Assembly (NCBI GenBank): GCA_032718475.1
Contig: JAUCBJ010002042.1
Coordinates: 1 to 32,321 of the forward strand
DNA length: 32,321 bases
Reading direction: 5' to 3'
Origin: Nemertoderma westbladi
Taxonomy: Eukaryota; Animalia; Xenacoelomorpha
Every line of letters starts with the position of its first letter. The stretch's first letter is position 1. A program made the position numbers and the translations under genes. The notes under the pieces are model-generated. The model worked only from the letters and a program-made list of their open reading frames with translations, searched no databases and was not told where the DNA came from. Of the stretch, positions 11,172 to 22,913 are shown one piece after another.

Positions 11172-14100
11172 ATAAATTCACCAAAGTCGTAATGTACGAT
11201 AAACTCACCTTAAAATCGTAATTTACGATAAACTCACCTCAAAGTCATAATGTACGTTAAACTCACCTTAAAATCGTATTGTACGATAAACTCACCTTAA
11301 AATCGTAATGTACGATAAACTCACGTTAAATTCGTAATGTACGATAAACTCACGTTAAATTCGTAATGTAAGATAAACTCACCATAAAATCGTTTGTATG
11401 ATAAACCCACCTTAAAGTCGTAATGTAGGATAAACCCACCTTAAAGTCGTAATGTACGATAAACTCACCTTAAAGTCGTAATGTACGATAAACCCACCTT
11501 AAAGTCGTAATGTACGATAAACCCACCTTAAAGTCGTAATATAGGATAAACTCACCTTAAAGTCATAATGTAGGATAAACTCACCTTAAAGACATAATGT
11601 AAGATAAACTCACCTTAAAGACATAATGTAAGATAAACTCACCTTAAAGTCGTAATGTACGATAAACCCACCTTAAGATTCGTAATGTACGATAAACTCA
11701 CCTTAAAGTCGTAATATACGATGAACTCCGCTTAAAATCTTAATGTAAGATAAACCCACCTTAAAATCGTAATGTACGATAAACCCACCTTAAAGTCGTA
11801 ATGTAAGATAAACCAACCTTAAAGTCGTAATATAGGATAACCTCACCTTAAAGTCATAATGTAGGATAAACTCACCTTAAAGACATAATGTAAGATAAAC
11901 TCACCTTAAAGTCGTAATGTACGATAAACTCACCTTAAAGTCGTAATGTACGATAAACTCACCTTAAAGACATAATGTAAGATAAACTCACCTTAAAGTC
12001 GTAATGTACGATAAACCCACCTTAAAGTCGTAATGTACGATAAACCCACCTTAAAGTCGTAATGTAAGATAAACTCACCTTAAAGTCGTAATGTACGATA
12101 AACCCACCTTAAAGTCGTAATGTAAGATAAACTCACCTTAAAGTCGTAATGTACGATAAACTCACCTTAAAATCATAATGTAAGATAAACCCACCTCAAA
12201 GTCGTAATGTACGATAAACCCACCTTAAAGTCGTAATGTAAGATAAACTCACCTTAAAGTCGTAATGTACGATAAACTCACCTTAAAATCTTAATGTAAG
12301 ATATAATCACGTTAAATTTGTGATGTACGTTAAACTCACATTAAAGTCATAATTTACGATAAACTCACCTTAAAGTCGTAATGTACGATAAACTCACCTT
12401 AAAGACATAATGTAAGATAAACTCACCTTAAAGTCGTAATGTACGATAAACTCACCTTAAAGACATAATGTAAGATAAACTCACCTTAAAGTCGTAATGT
12501 ACGATAAACTCACCTTAAAGTCGTAATGTACGATAAACTCACCTTAAAGTCGTAATGTACGATAAACTCACCTTAAAGTCGTAATGTACGATAAACCCAC
12601 CTTAAAGTCGTAATGTACGATAAACCCACCTTAAAATCATAATGTAAGATAAACCCACCTCAAAGTCGTAATGTACGATAAACCCACCTTAAAGTCGTAA
12701 TGTAAGATAAACTCACCTTAAAGTCGTAATGTACGATAAACTCACCTTAAAATCTTAATGTAAGATATAATCACGTTAAATTCGTGATGTACGTTAAACT
12801 CACATTAAAGTCATAATTTACGATAAACTCACCTTAAAGTAGTAATGTACGATAAACTCACCTTAAAGACATAATGTAAGATAAACTCACCTTAAAGTCG
12901 TAATGTACGATAAACTCACCTTAAAGACATAATGTAAGATAAACTCACCTTAAAGTCGTAATGTACGATAAACTCACCTTAAAGTCGTAATGTACGATAA
13001 ACTCACCTTAAAGTCTTAATGTACGATAAACTCACCTTAAAGTCGTAATGTACGATAAACCCACCTTAAAGTCGTAATGTACGATAAACCCACCTTAAAG
13101 TCGTAATGTAAGATAAACTCACCTTAAAGTCGTAATGTACGATAAACCCACCTTAAAGTCGTAATGTAAGATAAACTCACCTTAAAGTCGTAATGTACGA
13201 TAAACTCACCTTAAAATCATAATGTAAGATAAACCCACCTCAAAGGCGTAATGTACGATAAACCCACCTTAAAGTCGTAATGTAAGATAAACTCACCTTA
13301 AAGTCGTAATGTAAGATAAACTCACCTTAATAGCATAATGTAAGATAAACCCACCTTAATAGCATAATGTAAGATAAACTCACCTTAAAGTCGTAATGTA
13401 AGATAAACTCTTCTTAAAGTCGTAATGTACGATAAACCCACCTTAATAGCATAATGTAAGATAAACCCACCTTAATAGCATAATGTAAGATAAACCCACC
13501 TTAAAGTCGTAATGTAAGATAAACTCACCTTAAAGTCGTAATGTAAGATAAACTCACCTTAATAGCATAATGTAAGATAAACCCACCTTAATAGCATAAT
13601 GTAAGATAAACTCACCTTAAAGTCGTAATGTAAGATAAACTCTTCTTAAAGTCGTAATGTACGATAAACCCACCTTAATAGCATAATGTAAGATAAACCC
13701 ACCTTAATAGCATAATGTAAGATAAACTCACCTTAAAGTCGTAATGTACGATAAACCCACCTTAATAGCATAATGTAAGATAAACTCACCTTAAAGTCGT
13801 AATGTACGATAAACCCACCTTAAAGTCGTAATGTAAGATAAACTCACCTTAAAGTCGTAATATAGGATAAACTCACCTTAAATAAAGTCGTAATGTACGA
13901 TAAACCCACCTTAATAGCATAATGTAAGATAAACTCACCTTAAAGTCGTAATGTAAGATAAACCCACCTCAAAGTCGTAATGTACGATAAACCCACCTTA
14001 AAGTCGTAATGTAAGATAAACTCACCTTAAAGTCGTAATGTACGATAAACCCACCTTAAAGTCGTAATGTAAGATAAACTCACCTTATTAGCATAATGTA

Positions 14101-14359
14101 AGATAAACCCACCTTAATAGCATAATGTAAGATAAACTCACCTTAAAGTCGTAATGTAAGATAAACTCACCTTAAAGTCGTAATGTACGATAAACCCACC
14201 TTAATAGCATAATGTAAGATAAACTCACCTTAAAGTCGTAATGTACGATAAACCCACCTTAAAGTCGTAATGTACGATAAACCCTCCTTAAAGTCGTAAT
14301 GTACGATAAACTCACCTTAAAGTCGTAATGTAGGATAAACCCACCTTAAAGTCGTAATG
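11172..14359. repeat. 29-bp minisatellite, ~110 copies, overlapping the 3' end of myosin exon B
   Basis: Plus-strand unit CACCTTAAAGTCGTAATGTACGATAAACT; on the minus strand CATTACGACTTTAAG|GTGAGTTTATCGTA. Confidence 0.98.
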
Positions 14360-14529
14360 CACCTCCATGTATCTACCGAAACGACTGCTGTTGTCATTTA
14401 TAATAGTTTTAGCGTTCCCGAATGCTTCTAGTAGAAGATTACTGTTGATGAGTTTATATTTGGTATCCATAACAACATCGCTCACAACCGCGAGATAGTT
14501 CAAAATATATTTGAAATTTTCCGTTTTAC
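14345..14529 (-). CDS. Myosin motor exon B (P-loop completion, switch I)
   Basis: G+GT completes GESGSGKTE; continues NFKYILNYL...SNLLLEAFGNAKTIINDNSSRFGRYMEVHYDFK; acceptor tttcag|, donor AAG|gtgggt; 185 nt, phase 1 to 0. Confidence 0.95.
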
Positions 14530-15145
14530 CTGAAATTATACGAATCAGTGTTAAACAAAAAAGTGACATCCAGTAATGAAAACTAGATTATATTCTCTGT
14601 AGCCGAATAGTGGCACTTTCTCCACGCGGTGGTACTCGTCTGATCACGACGGATATATAATCATGGCCCTCTACCCAGTACCCAACCCACTATGTATATA
14701 ACATGATAATAAATCATTATGCGTACAGGCGTATAAGCTACAGGATTGTCATACTCATGCGTATGCGAGATTCAATGAGGGATCTCATGCAATTTGTATC
14801 ATGCTGATAAATTGATGGGTACCAGTATCGTAGGAGGTATATTTATCACCATTACCCCAACTTGTCTGGGGAAAAAGCCAGTATCATCTATATCATATAG
14901 ATGATTATTGATAGTTACAATGTGTTGGCAAGCTGTATTTTTCGAGGTGTTTGTTATTATACATTTTATTATAGGAAGGGATTTAGGGGTCTTAACCTCG
15001 AATGATAAGTTTATTTTACCGAAAATAACTTATCTTTTATTGGCGCAATTGTAGGACTAATCCCATCACATGCGTACTTTTTAACCGGATAGTGTACAAA
15101 TTTAGGAATCACGTAATTTTTCCTGAAATTAATATCTCATATCTC

Positions 15146-15199
15146 TCCAAACCACGTACGCGTTTCGACCTTACTGGGTCTCATCAGCGTGGTGTCGGA
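15146..15199 (-). ncRNA. Second copy of the minimal hammerhead motif, in the myosin pre-mRNA sense
   Basis: Exact reverse complement of 15282-15335. Confidence 0.85.
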
Positions 15200-15281
15200 T
15201 TCGAAATGAAATGAAATTAATACTCCATATCTCTCGGCTCCACTCGTAGTCTCGGCTTCCACATCGAGGTCCAGGTTCGAA

Positions 15282-15335
15282 TCCGACACCACGCTGATGA
15301 GACCCAGTAAGGTCGAAACGCGTACGTGGTTTGGA
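15282..15335 (+). ncRNA. Minimal type I hammerhead ribozyme motif (Penelope-like element type)
   Basis: ACCACG-CUGAUGA-GACC(CAGUAA)GGUC-GAAA-CGCG-UA-CGUGGU: stem I 15288-15293/15325-15330 (extendable to 15282/15335), intact core, palindromic ACGCGU stem III, GUA triplet ending at 15324. Confidence 0.85.
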
Positions 15336-17009
15336 GAGATATGAGATATTAATTTCAAGAAAAATTACGCGATTCCTAAATTTGTACACTATCCGGTTAA
15401 AAAGTACGCATGTGATGGGATTAGTCCTACAATTGCGCCAATATAGATGAATGGGGGCACTCAGGGGACTCACTCTTCCACTGCATTATATGGTCGAGAA
15501 GTCAAATCCTTGATATTTAGTCAATATAATTATTTCAAACACCACACAGAAATGGATTTCGCTGGTTCCATGTATTTCATTATATTTGGTTAGGCCCCAT
15601 AATTATTTCATTCCAGTATAGAATTTATTTCTTTGAAATGGACACTAAAAATAGAACATAAAGTTTTCAAATATGAAGAGTAATAATATAGAGAATAATA
15701 TAAAGAGTTCAAATATGCCATTATGCCTGTTCAATTAAATTACTTGATGGGATAGTCATTGTGGCGTGCAAACCGCTTTAAAAAAAGGGCCTGTCCTGAC
15801 CTCAAAGAGCATTATTATTTAGAATAAGAATAGCTCACTATGGTAACTTGAGGATTTCCCCTCTCGATGATATTATATTGAATCATCTCAAAGTGACAAT
15901 ATAAGTTTTATCAGCTGTAAGATTATATTTACTTTTCATCAGTTGAGTGAGATGTAGAAATTACTTCTAATCGAATCATCGACTCACTATAAGCATAGTC
16001 AAATATATTTTATTCAATTATGATTATTAAATAATAATAAATATTGACATCTAATATGTAATTATAAAATCAAGCATGCAAATCCCTAATATCATAATAC
16101 ATGGGTTTATTATATATGATACAATGCTGTTGGAATTGTTGCTAGAGTAGGTTTTCCCCATATAATAGCATGTCAAGATACTATTAATAAATTCATTTGA
16201 TGGATCATATTTGAATGGAAAATATAATTTTGTATATCAATAATAATATATGCAAGAGTGGTTTACTAACCCCACCCCCTACCCTACCCAATAAATATAG
16301 TTACAATGATTATCACCACCCACAATCCGACCACCTCCCCAAGGTCGCTCCCTACGCTCCACTATTGCAAAGTTAGCAAATTCCCAAATTCTTTAAAAAA
16401 AAATTTATTTTGAGTATAGGTAAATTTGTATATATGGATATATTGACAAAACTACTGAACGTATTCAAAATCTAAATATAGCGTTAGAAGTGCATTGTAT
16501 AGTAGATAACATTTCTTACACTAAACGCTTATTCGTATCTATTATAAGCTGACTTTGGATGACCATATCTGTGGTACCGGTAGGCCTATTGAGTCAGAAT
16601 CCCTTTTAATCTACTCGAAACACTCCAGTAGATGTTTTTAGTTTGAAAGTTTCAGTCTAAAATTCTTAGAAATAATTTAACCGATCATATTTTAGATCAG
16701 CTTTGACCATGAAGAATTAACTTTTTTTGATATTTTGTTTGACCTACCCCCACTAAATCGATGACGAGGAACTAAATGGATATAATACATTCTGGAATAC
16801 GGTAATTGAAGTTGTTTCCATGTTATTGATTACTTTGCAGCATTCTGTCCTATAGGCCGCAAAGCTGCAAAGTAGCACTTTGCAGCATTTTTTGTATTTC
16901 ACCAGAACGCTGTTAAGTTGAGATAATGTAACAAAATAACTTAATAAATAATGAATCCATAGAGAATAATACTGTAGATTATTATTGTTAGTAACGATAT
17001 TAAACTAAC

Positions 17010-17211
17010 CTGATCCACTTTCTCCAGATATGATGACGCATTGACTCCTCCCTTCGTCCACCAGATTGACTGTGGCATTCTCCGCCACAGCGTACAGATG
17101 GGGTGGCAACTCGAATTCTTTGGCCTCCTTGTAACTCGCGATTACATGCTCCGAGTAATAGTCCAACCCTCTGTATGGGTTTACAGAAACTAATGTAGGT
17201 CCAATATATGT
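17010..17211 (-). CDS. Unconventional myosin (class I-like) motor domain, exon A (ends in the P-loop)
   Basis: Hand translation TYIGPTLVSVNPYRGLDYYSEHVIASYKEAKEFELPPHLYAVAENATVNLVDEGRSQCVIISGESGS-G; acceptor tttttag| before 17211, donor |gttagt after 17010; 202 nt, phase 0 to 1. Confidence 0.95.
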
Positions 17212-17401
17212 CTAAAAAATAGAGATTAAAATATAATATCATCACATAACAACATTGGTAATGTTATAAATTACTTATCAGTTACTTAATACTTTTAAGG
17301 TACTTATAAATCAATTAATTAGTAGGCCTACCGGTGGGATATAAAAAGTTGTTATTTACTATTTAATCTAATCTGGAGTGTTGAAACCATCTACAGTACG
17401 C

Positions 17402-18316
17402 ATACTGCACTGGGGGTGGAGACAGGAGTGATCAGGCCTACTACCTACTGCACTGGGGGTGGAGAGGGGAGTGATTAGGCCCACTACCTACTGTACTGGG
17501 TGTGGAGAGGGGGATATATCTTTTTACAGAACACAGCAGAACACAGTAGAACACAGCAGAACACAATAGAATACAGGCGGAACATAGGCGAACACAGCTG
17601 TAATTAAAATCTACACCAAAAAATAACACACTTGGGAAAGTACCGGATTTAATCATACAACTGTAAGATGTCAATTACATATTTAAATTAAATGGCGGTT
17701 TTCCATATCCTCCAAAATAAATTACTTCTCACTATCCTGTAACCATGGAGAGTTGGTTAGTTCTACAGCAGTACAGTACCGGTAGCTGAGTAGGCCTATA
17801 TCAGTACATTGGTAATATACTCTACACTGTGCCCGGTAATTGCCGGTAAATGCCTACATCTATCTGCCTGTACAATGTACAGTCTGTACATGTCTCTACA
17901 GCACTAGGCCTACTGCAGTATTGGAACAGGCAGACTGCTGGACTAGTAACAGGTACAGGCCTTACCGAACAGCTGATCGGGCAACTCTGATCAGGTAATT
18001 TATTTTGGAGGATATGGAAAACGCCATTTAATTTAAATATGTAATTGACATCTTACAGTTGTATGATTAAATCCGGTACTTTCCCAAGTGTGTTATTTTT
18101 TGCTGTAGATTTTAATTACAGCTGTGTTCGCCTATGTTCCGCCTTTATTCTATTGTGTTCTGCTGTGTTCTACTGTGTTCTGCTGTGTTCTGTAAAAAGA
18201 ACTATCCTGGAGAGGGGAGTTATTAGGCCTACTACCTACTGCACTGGGGGTGGAGAGGGGAGTTATTAGGCCTACTACCTACTGCACTGGGGGTGGAGAG
18301 GGGAGTTATTAGGCCT
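17402..18316. repeat. 43-bp G-rich minisatellite interrupted by the MITE
   Basis: Unit CTACCTACTGCACTGGGGGTGGAGAGGGGAGTTATTAGGCCTA; ~2.5 copies on each side of the insertion. Confidence 0.85.
17512..18207. mobile_element. Mutator-like MITE with long TIRs and a 9-bp TSD
   Basis: Arms 17512-17725 and 17995-18207 are near-perfect inverted copies with GG...CC ends; TGGAGAGGG is duplicated at 17503-17511 and 18208-18216. Confidence 0.88.
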
Positions 18317-21163
18317 CCCGGGTTGAGATTCTTAGTATATTTCCTAAGTTCTAAACAAGTCTGCTTAGAAAGGCTTAGAACGCTTAGCAACGCTGGTGCA
18401 AAGGGTGAGTAAAGTACTTAACAAATTTTCCAATTTCATAAAAAGGACATTGCAAGTTTATAATGTTTAGCAAGTTGTTGCAATGTGACTGACAAGTATT
18501 ACAGGATATATAAACGTGCTTTATATGTAACCGATGATATATGCAAGCACTTTGCAAGTGTAATGAACTAATAACATGCGCATTACAAATCTAGCATATA
18601 TCTGTATCTTATATATTCCCGGCACTAGTTCGAACCTGTGTCGCAAATTTGCGACGCAGACCTGCGCCCTCCCCCCCCCCCCCTCCCCTCCCATCAGACA
18701 AGAGAAACAACACATGGAACATCATCATAGTGAGTGATGTATGCACATGTGTTTGGTTTGATACTGTTGCAACCCCCCCCCCCCCCCCCCCCCCCCATGA
18801 CATATGTAAACAAATTAATACAGAGAATCAATGTTTTTAATATAAACAACATATAAACAAACATATTATTACTGTACGTTACATAGATATATACACATCA
18901 GATATAAACGCGCAAATACTGTAGGTCTACACTAAAACACAGTTACGTCGGAAAAATTTATCCAAAAAGTTCAAAAATGGTATTCCTCATTTCTGTTTAT
19001 GCAATAAAACTATTTAATTCAAATTTGTAATCTTATCAAGCGCTACAGTAGATTACGATTTGAGCACGAAATAAAATAGAAAATTTATCACCCGTCATAT
19101 AAAGTTACCAATAACATCATCATTATTATTATATTATAACTATATGGATTGCAGCAATTGTATTTTGAACATTAGGGTTAACTTTTCCCAACGAAAATAG
19201 TGGTTCAATGAATAAATTAAAATTAGAAATACATACACAGAAACATTAAAAATGATTTTAGACATGTTCAAAATCATTAATACAAGGAATTCCAAATAAT
19301 GAAGTGCTACGGCTACCATTCATAGTACTGGTATTGTAATACGATATAGATATAAGGTTATTATTGAGATTAGATGCAGGATAACTAGCGGTTCATTGTG
19401 GTGGTCCAGTTGAATTTTAGGGCATTTTTTTTTACAATTTCGTTACCGGTACTACCCGGTGTCTGTGAGAAAAGACGGTTTCCTTGGGAAAATGTCTGGA
19501 AAAAACAGAATAAAAAATCAGGGAAAATATTTTTAAAGTAGGCCTACTTTTTTATCTTCATTTTGTTATTTTTTATTTGGAGCTGCCGCTCCCAAACCCC
19601 AGACCCCCGTTTAGTACAATGAAACGGCTTTAACAATAATATAATATAAAGCAAAATTACAATTAATATTATACTCTGAGAGTTTTACAAGAACCTACAG
19701 TAACTATAATGCCAAATAGATAACACAGATACAAATAAGAGAAAGCACAACACATTACATAGTTTACAGATTCAGTTTACAGCGTCAGACGAGTGGAGTG
19801 ATCGGCAATCCAGCTCCATCCTCCGTACCCAGACCACTGTGCCACTTTAGCCTCGACTCCCTGATGCAATGAGAAGCCCCTCGAACTATGGCGAACTGCA
19901 CACGGCGGCGAACCCACTCCATGACGGTGCTATAAGGTCTGTCCCAGTTGTGGTGTAACCTATCAGCGAAGATACTCGGGAGCTTGTTGGCATGCGGTGC
20001 CAGAACTCCATTCTACGGAGAGACAAGAGACTACGAAGGGTGCAAAAGTCCGCTCTCCTCTGTCTCGCTGGTTCCACATATAGTGCGGTTTTAGCGTCCT
20101 CCACAGATTCTAGGACCCTCATCGGGGGGCGTCCCGCATATGGCTTGGCGTCAAGGTTTACGACCCTGATATCTAACAACGCCTGAGTCTGCCGGTTGAA
20201 TGCCCCCGAACTCATACATCACACCAAGTCCTGCCTCTCCACTTAATCCAGGCTGGTCTCTGACTATGGGTTCCGACTGTCACGTTTCGTGGTCCAAATG
20301 CTAGAGAGGCCAGATCCCCAACAACATCACGGAGTTCAATATATGTCTTTGGATTATGAGGCCTTTTTTAAATTCCAATTCTTCCAAAGTCAATTGTTAT
20401 TAATCAAATTTCACTAACATTCAAAACATTTGAATTTTAATTGTATCAATTAGGCATTAATTCAATTAAATTGTCAATTAGCAACAATCGGACAATTAGG
20501 CAAACCATAAATATTTCATTAACGATATAGACAGTACAAACAAAACAAATAAACAATAAACAAAACAAGTATACAACAGGCACTAAACAATTAAAGATTA
20601 CAAAACTCTATAAAGAATAACAAAATTAAAGAGTACAAAATACAATAAACAATTGAATTGAAGTAAACAAACAGCAATAAAGCTACCAGTATAAATTAAA
20701 GTAACAAAACCTTATACACTATTTATTAAAGTAAGCAAAACTCATTAAACAATTAAACGTAAATAAAGAAAACTCAATAAACGCAACTCTGCAGTACAGC
20801 AGTAGGCCTACTGACGACAAAATGACTGTATGAGTCATTTATTGGCGGTGGATCATGTGACTGATTTTTAATTGCAATGCGTGTCAAGCACCACTAAAGT
20901 TCTTATTAAATTTTTGTCAAGTTATAAAGTCAACGAAAGTATGTTCTAGGTATACAAAATTTGTTAAGAATTTGGTAAGTGCATTGCATGATAAGTGCCC
21001 ACCCAAATATTTCTTAAAATCTATACTGTACTTGGCAAGTATTTTTTAATTCCTTAACAAATAATGCAAAATGTGGTAATTGTAAAAATTTAGTAAAAGT
21101 ATCATGCCAGTACCTTGCCATTAGGTAGTACTTTACTAATATGATACGATTCTCAACCCGGGA
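18316..21163. mobile_element. Putative DNA element with short TIRs, hosting a nested CRE fragment
   Basis: TCCCGGGTTGAGA at 18316-18328 and TCTCAACCCGGGA at 21151-21163. No convincing TSD or transposase. Confidence 0.45.
19785..20372 (-). mobile_element. CRE-clade-like non-LTR retrotransposon 3' fragment (restriction-like endonuclease region), decayed
   Basis: Frameshifted KKGLIIQRH/ELRDVVGDLASLAFG...EP, ALLDIRVVNLDAKPY...E.AK..LY, and C-terminal IVRGASHCIR...W...EDGAGLPI* match the RHN/RLE layout of CRE elements. Confidence 0.75.
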
Positions 21164-21620
21164 AGCTCGCTTACTTTCGTCGCTCACCCCACAGTATCAT
21201 CCATTAGTAGGAGGATCTGCATTACACCAAGAAAACCGTCAGACTGATATGCAGATTTTATCATAACTACCAATCTATTCAATCTATTAACTAACGTAAA
21301 TATAAAATAAAGTGCTACTAGTAGCTGCACATTGACGCATACCTATAGATGTTATAACACGTTCGTGGGGCCTTCGAGCAGCACGAGGCCCAGTTATGAG
21401 ATACAAATTAAAATTGAGCGACTGTATCACAAAATCAGTATTTGAGAAATTTAACCACACCGCCAATCAATCAAAGAAAGGGGGACAGTACGTGTTCAGC
21501 CCTTTTAATCTGCACCCCCCCCCCCCCCCCCCCCTTCCCACCAAACAATACATAACCGCGACATCTACCACCCACGGGCTGACGGGGCGGAAGGGTAGCA
21601 CAAACTTATTTCCAATCGCA

Positions 21621-21985
21621 CGTTCAATATGCGAAGCCATGTGGTTTATAGGAATATAATAAACGCAGTACTCCGTCTTCTTTATAAGCCTCGTTGAGTT
21701 CGTCCTGTTTTGTATTTAAATATATTTCTTAAACGAAGGCTGACGCTCTTTATAATAATAATAACAAGGGATGCGTTCAATATGTGAAGCCAGGTGGTTT
21801 ATATAATAATAATAGTCAACGCAGTACTCGTCTTCATTATAAGTCTCGTTGTGCTCGTCCTGTTTTGTATTTAAATATCTTTCCTAAACGAAGACTGACG
21901 ATCTTTATAATGCGTTCAATAGGCGAAGCCAGGTATGGTTTTGGTTTATAGGAATATAGTCTACGCAGCACTCATTCCTCATGAG
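21621..21985. repeat. ~140-150-bp direct repeat, ~2.5 copies
   Basis: CGTTCAATA(T/G)G(C/T)GAAGCCA begins copies at ~21621, 21774 and 21913. Confidence 0.85.
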
Positions 21986-22913
21986 CCCGAGTTATAGTGT
22001 GGCAATGTAGATGCAGTCCCCAGTTTGCCAGTTTGCACCCGACCAGCGGAAACTCGGTGCAGTAGGCCTACTGCATGTACAATGCGTGTCAAATTCAACA
22101 CCACCGGGCACTGGGTGATCGTGATGGCAGAGTGAGATTAAAAAACCGGATTACTTCATCCTCGGTTACGGTTAGTCCAGTTTGCACGTAGCGGCAGCGA
22201 TACCGAAAGTCGAGGTCAACAGACAGAGGCGGCCTTGGTGGTGAGTTGTTTGATTTCAATTCCAACACTTTTCTGGGCAGCTGGGTAGACTCTGGTAGTG
22301 GGTACCTTATCTTAGAATGCCGGTCAGCTGGTTAGTCCGCAGGTTACTCCGGATTCCGCACTGCAGTGCTAGTGCATAGCATGGCTAATTAGGGTCTACA
22401 GAATTAGGCCTGTCCTGTACCAGTACAGCAATATACGTGATCTAATCACTGCACCGGTACCGCGGTACCAGTCAGCCAGTACCGGTACCGTAAAACACCA
22501 AATACAGTATGGTATTGCAGTATTGCTGTATTGTCTGATTGCAGGATTCCTGATTCAGGGATTGACATTGCGTATAGTACCGGTACAGGCAGACAGGCCA
22601 CAATGGTATTATTACTGCAGTACTGTAATTTCGTAATTTGCTAGAAACCCAGCTGATTTAGTCTCCTAGCAACCTGCAGGCAGATGCCAAGCATTATAAT
22701 TTTGGATAAAGAAATTTATTATAACTGTAAGACAGTTACACTGGTGCTGCACGAAGGCCCCAAGCAAATTCAACTTGGAAAATTTCTAAACTTTTGACAG
22801 ACTATTTGTGTACCAAGTTTGGTTACATTTCATCGAGGATTGATCGAGTTATTAACGTTAAAAATTGAACACCGCAAAAAAAGCGACAGAACGACAGAAC
22901 AGCAGGTTGATTA

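Larger units (their letters stand above)
15038..15443. mobile_element. Inverted repeat (168-bp arms, 70-bp spacer), probable Penelope-like element pseudo-LTR remnant
   Basis: Arms 15038-15205 and 15276-15443 are reverse complements with two mismatches seen; each arm holds a hammerhead motif. No PLE ORF seen. Confidence 0.7.

Noticed and set aside
17000-17245. 81-aa minus-strand ORF from the track
   Set aside because: Wrong frame; the coding frame here is myosin exon A.
17441-18269. Two near-identical ORFs on opposite strands
   Set aside because: They are the two MITE arms. The ORFs at 15137-15473 are likewise products of the inverted repeat.
21290-21395. Minus-strand LVLLEGPT as the missing first myosin exon
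   Set aside because: A stop follows in frame, and the nearby donor (TATAG|gtatgc) is out of phase with exon A. The ...IY|GT candidates near 21295 and 18883 also have in-frame stops.
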